NCBI GenBank assembly: GCA_041739675.1 | Contig: JBGSNL010000020.1 | Coordinates: 1 to 34,421, forward strand | DNA length: 34,421 nucleotides | Reading direction: 5' to 3' | DNA from: a bacterium | GTDB lineage: Bacteria > UBA10199 > 2-02-FULL-44-16 > DYJF01 | Shown here: positions 26,595 through 34,421 of the stretch, one piece after another | Numbering within the stretch: the first letter of the stretch is position 1 | How the letters are laid out: the number at the start of each line of letters is the position of its first letter | Translations under genes and position numbers: made by a program | Notes under the pieces: generated by a model | Told to the model about the DNA's origin: nothing | The model's input: only the letters and a program-made list of their open reading frames with translations | Database searches by the model: none

Positions 26595-29500
26595 TTAACG
26601 CAATCTGAACCGGATCGCGCCGTCTATTTCGTAACGGCCGTCGGAACTCCGTGAACCCTTCATGAGCAATGAGTCTGTTATCAGATATTCACCGGTCACC
26701 GTCTGCGTAGCATCCTGCGTGTTGATATCCGTTGCAAAATCCACACTGAGTCTGTCGGAGACCTGTTTGCCGACCCTGATGCGTGAAATGACCTGTGATG
26801 TGGGCTCCGCCGCCTCAAGTCTGAACGTGTCGAGGTGGGTGAATTTGGATACGGGCCTTTCGATGACGTGAGTCAACTGCTGAGCCGCCATGGAAAAACC
26901 GAACTGCTCGCCTGTGCGCACCGCCATCTGCTCGCGTTCGGTTTCCGTCATCCCGAAGGCAATGAGCGAAATCACGTCCCTTTTTTCAAGCGCGCCGGAA
27001 GGCGAAGTGGCCGACAGATCCAGCGCCAGATTGTCGGTGGGCCCGTGCGCCTCTATTGTCACGTTGTAGACGCCGATTTCCCTCTGCGCCACCGCCTCCA
27101 AATAGGGGCTCTCCGATTCCGGCCGGAACTCAACAAAACCCCGTGTGATATCGAACTCCAGCCCCATGTAGTGTATTTCGCCTTCGGTGACATCGACTGC
27201 GCCATGTATGAGCGGCTTATTTCTCGTACCCTTTATCTCCAGATCGGCCCTGAGCCAGATATCTCCGACGTTATTTTTTATGTAAAGGTCCCCCGTGTTT
27301 CTCACGTGCAAATCGAGCTGCGGCGAGAAAGCGATTTCACTCGTCCTTTGTTTCTTCACGGAGGCGGAGGATCTAGTGATCGATTCGAGGATATTGAAAT
27401 CTTTTGTGTACCTTCCTTCGAGGATTGTTATGTCGCCCGCCAAAAGCGGCTCCGGGAATTGCCCCTTGAGCGTAAGGTTGCCGTCAAACTCCATGTTGAA
27501 GTAGCCGTCGTCGCTCCTGTATCGCAAATCATTCGCCTCAAGAACGATATTGGCGCTCGCAAGCTTGAGCCCGCTGTGGGAAAGCCCGCCCTTCAGCACG
27601 AAACGCCCGTCTTCCGTGACTCCCGAAACATTGTCGAAGGTGATTATGTGCCCGTCAAAGAGCACGTTTCCCTTTAAATTTTCCAGGGGAAGACGGACGA
27701 AGCGGGGCGAGATCACACTGTCATTAAACCCGATCCTGCCGTTGATCGCGGGATTCGATGCAGAACCTGTCACTGCAAGCTTCATATCGACCGGACCGGA
27801 CACTTCGCGGACCAGAAAACCCAAAGGCGTCAAAACTTTCAGATCGGCGGAGCCTGAGAGCAAAAGATTGATGCCGCCTCCGGAAACGATACCTCCCGAA
27901 ACATCAAAGTGGCTCGATGTCGAAGGGTCGTCATATGAGATTTTTTTAATCTGCCATCTTTTCCCGGAATACTGATATCCCATGTCGAGCGATAGATTCG
28001 GCACGGGCGTGCCCCAGAGCCTAAGAGATCCTTCGGTCAGATCCATTGTGAGCGGCTGCGTGAAAATTATCGGGTTTAACCTATGAAGAACAATCTCCAC
28101 GTCTTTGAAGGTCAACTTTTTTCTCGAAATGTCCATGGCGGCGACGGCCTTATCGAACGGAAGGGCGAACCATTTTCCGTTCACGATCTGGGCTGACGCC
28201 TGGCCCTTGAAATTGAGATGGGGCCCCTTGATCACGAGATCGCCCGTGGCCTCTCCCGAGAGCCCGATCGTAGAAAGAGCAGTTGCCAGAGGATGACGCT
28301 CCATGTGGGCTTTCAGGTCGATATCTTTCGACCGGAACTGTCCCTCAATTTTTTTACCGATCCTGATATCCAGATCCGCGGTTCCCGTCTGTCTGTTGTC
28401 CTCAACAACTCTCCACTTGAAACTCAAACGGTCGTATGTCGCGTCGAGATCGGTCTCGACGGTCGTCGCGACGATCGGTTTATATCCGCCCTGATGCGTG
28501 GTCCCCTTGATCTTTGCTTGAAACTGTCTCGCCCAGCCGTCGAACGTCGCGGTGAAGTCGGTCTTTCCAAAAATCGGATGAAAATGAATGTTTTTGAATT
28601 TGTCGAAAAAGAGTTCAATGGGGAAACCCGTGCCCGACCCTTTAAGTGCAATTTTCTTCTTTCTAATGTCCACCGAGCCGTCAAACTTGATGACGTCGCT
28701 TTGCGCCCTGACCTCGCCGCCGGAAATATTTATCACGCCTTCCGACCACTGGGCCTTCGCACTCGCGACGATGGGAATTTCAGGCGATATCCTGAAGCGG
28801 TGCGCGAACGAGGCCTCAGCCTTTCCACTGCTCTCCGACGGTAGAAACCCGTGCCCGCTGATCTTGAACGATCCGGCAAGATCGCCCGCCGTGTCTATCG
28901 TGACCATATCCTTGCCTATGTAGGGCAAGGATATGGGCTTCGGTATGTCGATGGAGGCGTCGAAATTCTGTGTTTGCGTGTTCGCGCTCAGCTTTCCCGT
29001 CAGGCTTCTTTCCTTTATCGTCAATTCCAGCTGATCGAGTTTGAGTTCGTTATCCAAAAAATGCAGCTTCGCCTTGAGCTTGTCGATTTCAAGCGCCTCC
29101 AGATGCCCGTCTTCAATATCGAGACTTCCCTTGAGCGCGTTGAGATATGGAAACTCGGACTTCCACTTCGGCAGCGCGGTCGAAGTGTCGAGCGTGAGCG
29201 ATGCCGCGTTGGCCATCGGTTCCCCCGCGCGCGAAAGAGCCAAACCGTCGAAACGGATATTGACCTGCGTCTCCCCGAAAAGCGTACGCGACATTCCGAA
29301 GCGCATCTCATCCGCCTTCACGTCCACATCCCTGGGCAGCGAAAGATCCACCCCCTTGACTATTCCGTGTTTGATGATGATGTTTTGAAGAATAAAAAGG
29401 CGGGTCAGATTTAGCTCAAGACGCTTTTTTTCGGGCGGCGCTTCAGATGGAGGAATCGCGATCCTGACGTCGTCGATTTCAAATATCGTGATGACGAATC

Positions 29501-29792
29501 TCCCCCTTAAGATATCCCACGGTCTGTATTTTATATTTACACTTTTGGCGAACGCCTCTTTGGCGTTTTTTTTATGAATGAGATGGAGTCCGCCGATGAC
29601 AACACGGTTCGAAAAAGGCTTCCAGGAGAAGGTTTCGAGCGTGATGTTCCATGGGCTCTTGACGTTGGCCGTCTTCAAAACGTAGCGGATCGTCTCCGGC
29701 CTGTTGAGAATCATGACCGTTCCGACGACAAAAAGAAAAAATGCCGCGACGGAAAGAAGAAGGTTTCTCAACAATGTGGATTTTCGTTTCAT
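26595..29792 (-). CDS. tamB: Translocation and assembly module TamB-like protein (AsmA-like, C-terminal DUF490-type region)
   Basis: N-terminal TM anchor, long beta-rich body, C-terminal L.IKGT...P...G, ALDLSATSP, RVGKQVSDRLSV, GEYLIT; adjacent to an Omp85 gene. Confidence 0.85.
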   Translation of the reverse strand: MKRKSTLLRNLLLSVAAFFLFVVGTVMILNRPETIRYVLKTANVKSPWNITLETFSWKPFSNRVVIGGLHLIHKKNAKEAFAKSVNIKYRPWDILRGRFVITIFEIDDVRIAIPPSEAPPEKKRLELNLTRLFILQNIIIKHGIVKGVDLSLPRDVDVKADEMRFGMSRTLFGETQVNIRFDGLALSRAGEPMANAASLTLDTSTALPKWKSEFPYLNALKGSLDIEDGHLEALEIDKLKAKLHFLDNELKLDQLELTIKERSLTGKLSANTQTQNFDASIDIPKPISLPYIGKDMVTIDTAGDLAGSFKISGHGFLPSESSGKAEASFAHRFRISPEIPIVASAKAQWSEGVINISGGEVRAQSDVIKFDGSVDIRKKKIALKGSGTGFPIELFFDKFKNIHFHPIFGKTDFTATFDGWARQFQAKIKGTTHQGGYKPIVATTVETDLDATYDRLSFKWRVVEDNRQTGTADLDIRIGKKIEGQFRSKDIDLKAHMERHPLATALSTIGLSGEATGDLVIKGPHLNFKGQASAQIVNGKWFALPFDKAVAAMDISRKKLTFKDVEIVLHRLNPIIFTQPLTMDLTEGSLRLWGTPVPNLSLDMGYQYSGKRWQIKKISYDDPSTSSHFDVSGGIVSGGGINLLLSGSADLKVLTPLGFLVREVSGPVDMKLAVTGSASNPAINGRIGFNDSVISPRFVRLPLENLKGNVLFDGHIITFDNVSGVTEDGRFVLKGGLSHSGLKLASANIVLEANDLRYRSDDGYFNMEFDGNLTLKGQFPEPLLAGDITILEGRYTKDFNILESITRSSASVKKQRTSEIAFSPQLDLHVRNTGDLYIKNNVGDIWLRADLEIKGTRNKPLIHGAVDVTEGEIHYMGLEFDITRGFVEFRPESESPYLEAVAQREIGVYNVTIEAHGPTDNLALDLSATSPSGALEKRDVISLIAFGMTETEREQMAVRTGEQFGFSMAAQQLTHVIERPVSKFTHLDTFRLEAAEPTSQVISRIRVGKQVSDRLSVDFATDINTQDATQTVTGEYLITDSLLMKGSRSSDGRYEIDGAIRFRLR

Positions 29793-29793
29793 T

Positions 29794-31203
29794 TTAATTA
29801 ACGCGTCTCCTTTTCATTCCTTCAACAAGCCTTCGCGGCAGGTTGTCAAACGCACCGTTGGACATGAAGAGAACGACATCGTTCGCGCTTATGTTTCTCA
29901 GTGCAAATTCAAGGAGGTTATCTGACTGCGGAATGTAATGAGCATCGATCCCCTTTCTCATCAGGGTATCGGCCACACCCTGAACGTCCAGCCGCTCGTT
30001 TTCCGGAATCTTCTCCGAGCGGAAGACACCTCCGATGAGAACGCGGTCGGCCTTTGAGAGCGCGTCGATGAAGCCCTCGCGGAAAATGTTGCGGCGGCTG
30101 GTGTTGGAGCGCGGCTCGAATATCGCCCAGAGGCGTCTGTCCGGATATTTTTGCCGCATAGCCTGTATCGTTTTGGCGACCGCCGTGGGATGATGGGCAA
30201 AATCGTCGATCACCACGACAGATTTGACCTCGCCCACAATCTCCTGTCTGCGGGCGACCCCTTTGAACGTGGCCAGTCCCTTCTGGATCTTTTCAGGCGA
30301 AACACCGTATTCGCAAAGAATCGCGATCGCACCAACGACATTTGAGAGATTGTGGTCACCGGAAAGTGTGGTCGTAAAATTAGCCGACACGTTCGGGCCG
30401 GCAAGATCGAAGTTCGTGCCAGTCTCGGTTGCGGAAACATTTTCCGGATAATAGTTCGTGCCGGCTTTCAGGCCGTACGTGAGTGTGCGCCCCTTTGCAA
30501 GCTTTGCAATCTCGGACACGTTTTCGTCTTCCCCGTTACAGATGAGAAGACCGTCGGGCGGCAGAACTCCCATCAATTTTTTGAAAGACTCTTTTATGTG
30601 GTTAAGATCCCGATAAATATCAGCATGGTCGAACTCAATTGAGGTAAGGAGAATCGCCTGCGGCAGATAATGCAAAAACTTCGGCCCTTTGTCGAAAAAC
30701 GCGGTGTCGTATTCGTCCCCTTCGATCACAAAGATTCGGCCGCCGCCGACGTGCGCGCTCTTCTCGAAATTTTTTCCCACTCCGCCGATCAAAAATCCTG
30801 GATCCTCGCCAGCCTCCGAGAAGAGCCATGCAAGAAGAGTCGCCGTCGTCGTCTTGCCGTGCGTGCCGGCGACGACTATCGGAGTTTTTCCCTTCAGGAA
30901 AAATTCGGCAACCGCCTGCGGCATCGAACGATAAGGCAGCCCCAGTCTCAAGACTTCCTGTGCCTCAGGATTCATCTTCGTGATGACGTTTCCGATGATG
31001 ACAAGATCGGGCTTTTCACTCAGGTTTGCGGCCCCATAGCCTTCGAAAATTTTTATCTTGAGCTCTGCGAGTTGATCACTCATGGGGGGATAGAGCTTCT
31101 CGTCGCTGCCGGTCACGCGGTATCCCTTTTCAACAAGGAGCCTTGCCAGCGACCCCATCCCCGTCCCGCCGATACCAACCATGTGTATGTGACTAAGCTC
31201 CAT
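29794..31203 (-). CDS. mpl: UDP-MurNAc:L-Ala-gamma-D-Glu-meso-DAP ligase (murein peptide ligase)
   Basis: IGGTGMGSLA, YPPMSDQL, AGTHGKTTT, IEGDEYDTAFFDK, EFDHADIY, DDFAHHPTA, FEPRSNT, MSNG; these are Mpl rather than MurC signatures. Confidence 0.93.
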   Translation of the reverse strand: MELSHIHMVGIGGTGMGSLARLLVEKGYRVTGSDEKLYPPMSDQLAELKIKIFEGYGAANLSEKPDLVIIGNVITKMNPEAQEVLRLGLPYRSMPQAVAEFFLKGKTPIVVAGTHGKTTTATLLAWLFSEAGEDPGFLIGGVGKNFEKSAHVGGGRIFVIEGDEYDTAFFDKGPKFLHYLPQAILLTSIEFDHADIYRDLNHIKESFKKLMGVLPPDGLLICNGEDENVSEIAKLAKGRTLTYGLKAGTNYYPENVSATETGTNFDLAGPNVSANFTTTLSGDHNLSNVVGAIAILCEYGVSPEKIQKGLATFKGVARRQEIVGEVKSVVVIDDFAHHPTAVAKTIQAMRQKYPDRRLWAIFEPRSNTSRRNIFREGFIDALSKADRVLIGGVFRSEKIPENERLDVQGVADTLMRKGIDAHYIPQSDNLLEFALRNISANDVVLFMSNGAFDNLPRRLVEGMKRRRVN

Positions 31204-31285
31204 TGGACACACCCCTACCTTTAGGTTTTAATATGCCAAAATAACCAAATTTTGCGGGAATTTCAAGTATTTATAAGCCGCCCGT

Positions 31286-31324
31286 AAAACAAAAATGCCC
31301 CCCACTTGAAAGCAAGGGGCATTG
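31286..31324 (-). terminator. Intrinsic terminator after the lipoprotein gene
   Basis: Minus strand AATGCCCC-TTGCTTTCAAGTGG-GGGGCATT followed by TTTGTTTT. Confidence 0.75.
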
Positions 31325-31344
31325 AAAATCTATGTCGGAAATTT

Positions 31345-32310
31345 CTATTCACTTCCTAATCTCGCCCGCTCACGCTCCTGGACACGCGCCTGCTGCCTTT
31401 CCTGATCGGGATCGTGACACGTATCGCTTGTTCCACCAAAATCTCTCACGGTGAATGATGTGGCGATATCGGCGGCCAACGCATCGCCTTCAGCCGATAA
31501 AACACCTTCTGGGCCCGAAACAATAAGGACATCAATCGTGGCACCCATTTCATATCCACCCGAAGGAGCAAAGACGATTTCAAATTCCATATACTCCGCA
31601 TCTTCCCATACAGAAAACGCACCTTCGACGGCGGCCCCATCGACCGTGGAGATTTTAATTGTATCTGCAGTCACCGTTGCTTCATCCAATGCCTTGGTGA
31701 AAACAATCTTCACTGGTCTGCAAGGCGCGACGTTCAATTGACCGTCATAAGGTCTTATAAAGAGTAAATTGAAAACTGAAGTATCAACAACTGTCTCGCC
31801 GTCTCCAAAAGCTTGCGGAATGCCGTCACGATCCGCGTCCTGGCCGTAATAGGAGCGGATCCCGTTTTCACCGAGGCCTTCAACATCGCCTTGCATTACC
31901 ATCTCACCCCCACTGAAACCCATCTTTCCAAGGTCAACATCCGTTCCGTCTTCAATCACAAGCGCGGTGATACCGTTCATCGTCAGATATCCAAGACGTT
32001 GCCCCGCACCGTCTAAAAATCCGAACATCCAGTTTCCATTCCGCACCCTCACCCTCCAGCGGTTCGTTGCGGGATCTATCTCTCCCTGAACTTCACTCCC
32101 GTCGGAATTGTAAGCCGTGACACCGCACACCTCGCCGATGCACGAGCCTCCCTCCTCCAGCGCCTTCATGGTAACGGCGGCGGCATCGCTTTCAATTTCA
32201 CCTGTGATCAGCCGTCCCTCGTCTGCCGGCTCAGTTGAAGTCGCTCCTCCACACGCTGCCACAAGAAGTAAGACACCGATCATCTCCAAAAAATTTTTAT
32301 TTATCTTCAT
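31345..32310 (-). CDS. Lipoprotein with an N-terminal beta domain, a DxDxDG motif and a C-terminal Ig-like (Big_5-type) domain
   Basis: SD GGAGGT; lipobox VAA-C; DADRDG; P.DG..NV....VKIVFTKALD..TV...F.P...G...SFTV pattern. Confidence 0.82.
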   Translation of the reverse strand: MKINKNFLEMIGVLLLVAACGGATSTEPADEGRLITGEIESDAAAVTMKALEEGGSCIGEVCGVTAYNSDGSEVQGEIDPATNRWRVRVRNGNWMFGFLDGAGQRLGYLTMNGITALVIEDGTDVDLGKMGFSGGEMVMQGDVEGLGENGIRSYYGQDADRDGIPQAFGDGETVVDTSVFNLLFIRPYDGQLNVAPCRPVKIVFTKALDEATVTADTIKISTVDGAAVEGAFSVWEDAEYMEFEIVFAPSGGYEMGATIDVLIVSGPEGVLSAEGDALAADIATSFTVRDFGGTSDTCHDPDQERQQARVQERERARLGSE

Positions 32311-32352
32311 AACGCACCTCCATTTTTTTACTTGTTATGCGGTCCTTTCCTT

Positions 32353-32364
32353 CACCTCCTTTCC
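32353..32364 (-). promoter_or_regulatory. Orphan extended Shine-Dalgarno-like element in the 5' leader
   Basis: GGAAAGGAGGTG(A) in the loop of a GCGGT/ACCGC stem (32373-32339). No start codon at SD distance; the gene has its own SD further downstream. Confidence 0.55.
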
Positions 32365-32434
32365 TGCAACCGCGATTCATCTGCCATTATTGTCTCTTAT
32401 CCCGCTGCTAGAGGCACGCATATTGTTCCCTAAA

Positions 32435-32453
32435 TGTATTCAATATGAATACA
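32435..32453. promoter_or_regulatory. Palindromic operator, copy 1
   Basis: TGTATTCA-ATA-TGAATACA, a perfect 8-bp inverted repeat upstream of the 31345-32310 lipoprotein gene. Confidence 0.8.
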
Positions 32454-32551
32454 CTCAAAACTCTTAATTAGTTAATATATAAGGTGATTTAAATCTAATG
32501 TGATTAATATGTATCGTAATCGAAACCAATTAGAATACAACCGACTGTTTG

Positions 32552-33037
32552 TTACATACCGCCAGAACCATTTCCCATTTGCCGGCGCGGCTCATTTTCA
32601 GGGATAAAGACACCGTCCTGAAACCTCACCTGTCCCATATCTATCGGGCTTCCCCTCTGGGTTATTTGCAGCCGGTTTGCCCTGTTGCCCATCTCATCTT
32701 GTTCAAAACTGAACGGTCCCACCACCTCTCCCTGCATCAGAACCTCAAGGGAATATGTTTTTCCCAACTCAACATCTATCGCAAAAAAACCGTCCACATC
32801 CACCATGGATTCTTTTACTGAGCCGTCCGTTGCCGTTGCGACGACGGTGAGTGTCGTGGGATCAACCGCCTGCAGCGCAACGCTTTTCGCCTCCTCAATG
32901 GTGCTGACATCGATTACGCCCTCTATCGTCCTCAATGTAGGAATCTCGCTTGTCGGATTGCCAACTTCCGTTGCGCTCCCGCAGCCCATAATCACAGCGG
33001 CCGCAAAGACAAAAATGACCTTGAATAAACTTCTCAT
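32552..33037 (-). CDS. Lipoprotein (161 aa), translationally coupled to the TIGR02147-type gene
   Basis: Lipobox IMG-C followed by GSATEVGNP; beta-rich body; ATGA overlap with the upstream stop. Confidence 0.85.
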   Translation of the reverse strand: MRSLFKVIFVFAAAVIMGCGSATEVGNPTSEIPTLRTIEGVIDVSTIEEAKSVALQAVDPTTLTVVATATDGSVKESMVDVDGFFAIDVELGKTYSLEVLMQGEVVGPFSFEQDEMGNRANRLQITQRGSPIDMGQVRFQDGVFIPENEPRRQMGNGSGGM

Positions 33038-33873
33038 ACTTGCCTCTTTTCACGCGTTACACGGAACAGTTGAAGATTCAATTGATAGACATGGTCATCT
33101 TCAATTTTCCCTCGCCCTTCCAGATAAGAAAGTATTTGCTTCCGGCAATCGTTTAACATTTGTGTAATTTCCGGAACATCCTCTTGCCGGCATGCAAAAG
33201 TTATGGCCGAAAAATTCCTTTTATCGGGCATTTGAGTGCTAAGCGCATCCATTGCCAGGCGCATCATTTGATCGTGATAAAAATATGATGCCGCAGCCTG
33301 CGTTTCCGGGCCGGTCGAGATGACGGCCTCGGATTGTTTCAAATTTCCGCTTTGATCGCGACTCAAAAGACCAAGCTCCACAAGTTTGTCGATGGCCTCG
33401 TCGACATGCGGCGGGGATACATTGTGGCCTATCCTTCCTGCGATAGCGCGCCGTTCGTTTCTGAACCACTTCGTTGTCACCATCTCGCGAATCACCGGAT
33501 AATACCACTTGGTCAGATATTCGTATTGGTTCTGCTTGAGGTTATTCTTATATTTTTTAAAATAATTCGCCATCTCCAGAACGTAGTTGGCCTTCGCCTC
33601 CGGCGTGTCAGCCTGATTCATGTTGACGAGCAGCTCAAAATATTTTTTCTCCCTTCTCTTGAGCTTCAAGATTTTCGTGAAAATCGTCATCGTTGCCGGC
33701 GTGATATTGCGCTTGCCGTTGATGATAAGCTGAAGCTGGTTGGGCGATTTGAAACCGGCCCATCTGGAAAAAGTGCGGTACGAAAACCCCGCCCTAGTCT
33801 CCTTCATCCACAAATACCAGTCTTTGAGATATACCCTGAAGTTTTCGTAATCTGAAATGACCGGGCAATTCAT
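33034..33873 (-). CDS. TIGR02147 / DUF4423-type protein (N-terminal HTH, probable transcriptional regulator)
   Basis: DY..FRVYLKDWY...K.....FSYRTFSRWAGFKSP..L.LIINGKRNI, WYYPVIREM, YH.QM..LA..AL, R.FS.ITF, VYQLNLQLF; SD AAGGGAG. Confidence 0.85.
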   Translation of the reverse strand: MNCPVISDYENFRVYLKDWYLWMKETRAGFSYRTFSRWAGFKSPNQLQLIINGKRNITPATMTIFTKILKLKRREKKYFELLVNMNQADTPEAKANYVLEMANYFKKYKNNLKQNQYEYLTKWYYPVIREMVTTKWFRNERRAIAGRIGHNVSPPHVDEAIDKLVELGLLSRDQSGNLKQSEAVISTGPETQAAASYFYHDQMMRLAMDALSTQMPDKRNFSAITFACRQEDVPEITQMLNDCRKQILSYLEGRGKIEDDHVYQLNLQLFRVTREKRQV

Positions 33874-33941
33874 AAGATCTCCCTTTCATGCATATTATCT
33901 CATAATATAACCTGGCTTGGGAGAATAATATACGCATAGGC

Positions 33942-33958
33942 GTATTCAAACTGAATAC
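33942..33958. promoter_or_regulatory. Palindromic operator, copy 2
   Basis: GTATTCA-AAC-TGAATAC upstream of the TIGR02147-type gene; arms and spacer length identical to copy 1. Confidence 0.8.
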
Positions 33959-33995
33959 ACCTAAAGCACATATCCAATTGATATTATTAGCTATA

Positions 33996-34421
33996 TCAGC
34001 GACCTATAATATAACGATGAGGATCCACGTCCTCGCTAAGAATTCGCAGACATTCCGCCTTAGGGGCTTCGGTCGTTTTGAGATTTTTGGATATAAGCAG
34101 CTCGAAGCCGGTATTTTCCACGACTTGCTCTATCGTGACGCCGGGGTGAAGCGATTCCACTTCCATCCTGCGGTCGGAATTATTGAAACCCATGATGGCG
34201 AGATTTGTGATGATCTTGTAGGGGCCCGATCCTTTCGGAAGACCGGCATCTTCCCTTGCGTTTCCGCCCGTGAGATAGCCCGGCGATGTAATGAAATCCA
34301 CTTTTTTTGCAAAGCGGCGCTTCTCATGCGGGGTGATCACGATCGTGTGCCAGCAGTTCGTCGCCAGGTCGCACGCCCCGCCGCTCCCGGGAAGCCTTAC
34401 CTTCGGATGATTGTAGTCGTC
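33996..34421 (-). CDS. Family I CoA-transferase beta subunit (GctB/CatJ-like), 5' end outside window
   Basis: The frame is open to the window edge: DYNHPKVRLPGSGGACDLA...HEKRRF..KVDFITSPGY...SLHPGVT..V.ENTGFEL. Confidence 0.9.
   Translation of the reverse strand, partial: DDYNHPKVRLPGSGGACDLATNCWHTIVITPHEKRRFAKKVDFITSPGYLTGGNAREDAGLPKGSGPYKIITNLAIMGFNNSDRRMEVESLHPGVTIEQVVENTGFELLISKNLKTTEAPKAECLRILSEDVDPHRYIIGR

Noticed and set aside
32352..32387. 11-codon uORF MADESRLQERR* and a sigma54-like TGGCA...TCGC on the minus strand
   Set aside because: The uORF has no convincing SD or attenuator features, and the -12 element departs from TTGC; neither can be supported.
31260..33995. Mobile element or genomic island call for the lipoprotein/TIGR02147 block
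   Set aside because: Intergenic DNA looks AT-rich, but no integrase, transposase, tRNA target or flanking direct repeats were seen.

Overview
Gram-negative bacterial chromosome segment. Gene content and synteny (tmk-holB-PSP1-metG, tamB followed by a multi-POTRA Omp85, a TIGR02147-type gene) suggest a deltaproteobacterial lineage; this is inference only. From left to right: (1) the 5' part of the dcw cluster on the minus strand (mraZ, an inserted STAS-domain gene, rsmH, ftsL, ftsI, murE, murF, partial mraY) with a sigma70 promoter and MraZ boxes; (2) an MBL-fold hydrolase and a CPBP protease; (3) tmk-holB-PSP1/ricT-metG; (4) pepA, a methyltransferase-like gene, ridA and a receiver-only response regulator; (5) a beta-barrel porin with a long structured leader; (6) a radical SAM gene divergent from a CDP-alcohol phosphotransferase/alkaline-phosphatase-superfamily fusion and a GbsR-type regulator; (7) mpl-tamB-Omp85 (7 POTRA); (8) a TIGR02147/DUF4423-type HTH protein with two related lipoproteins, both transcription units preceded by the same palindrome GTATTCA-N3-TGAATAC; (9) a partial CoA-transferase beta subunit. 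No rRNA, tRNA, CRISPR array or transposase was seen. The best candidates for undescribed biology are the TIGR02147-lipoprotein-operator module, the lipid synthase/phosphoesterase fusion locus, and orphan GGAAAGGAGGTG elements in two 5' leaders. All family assignments come from motif recognition by eye, not database searches.
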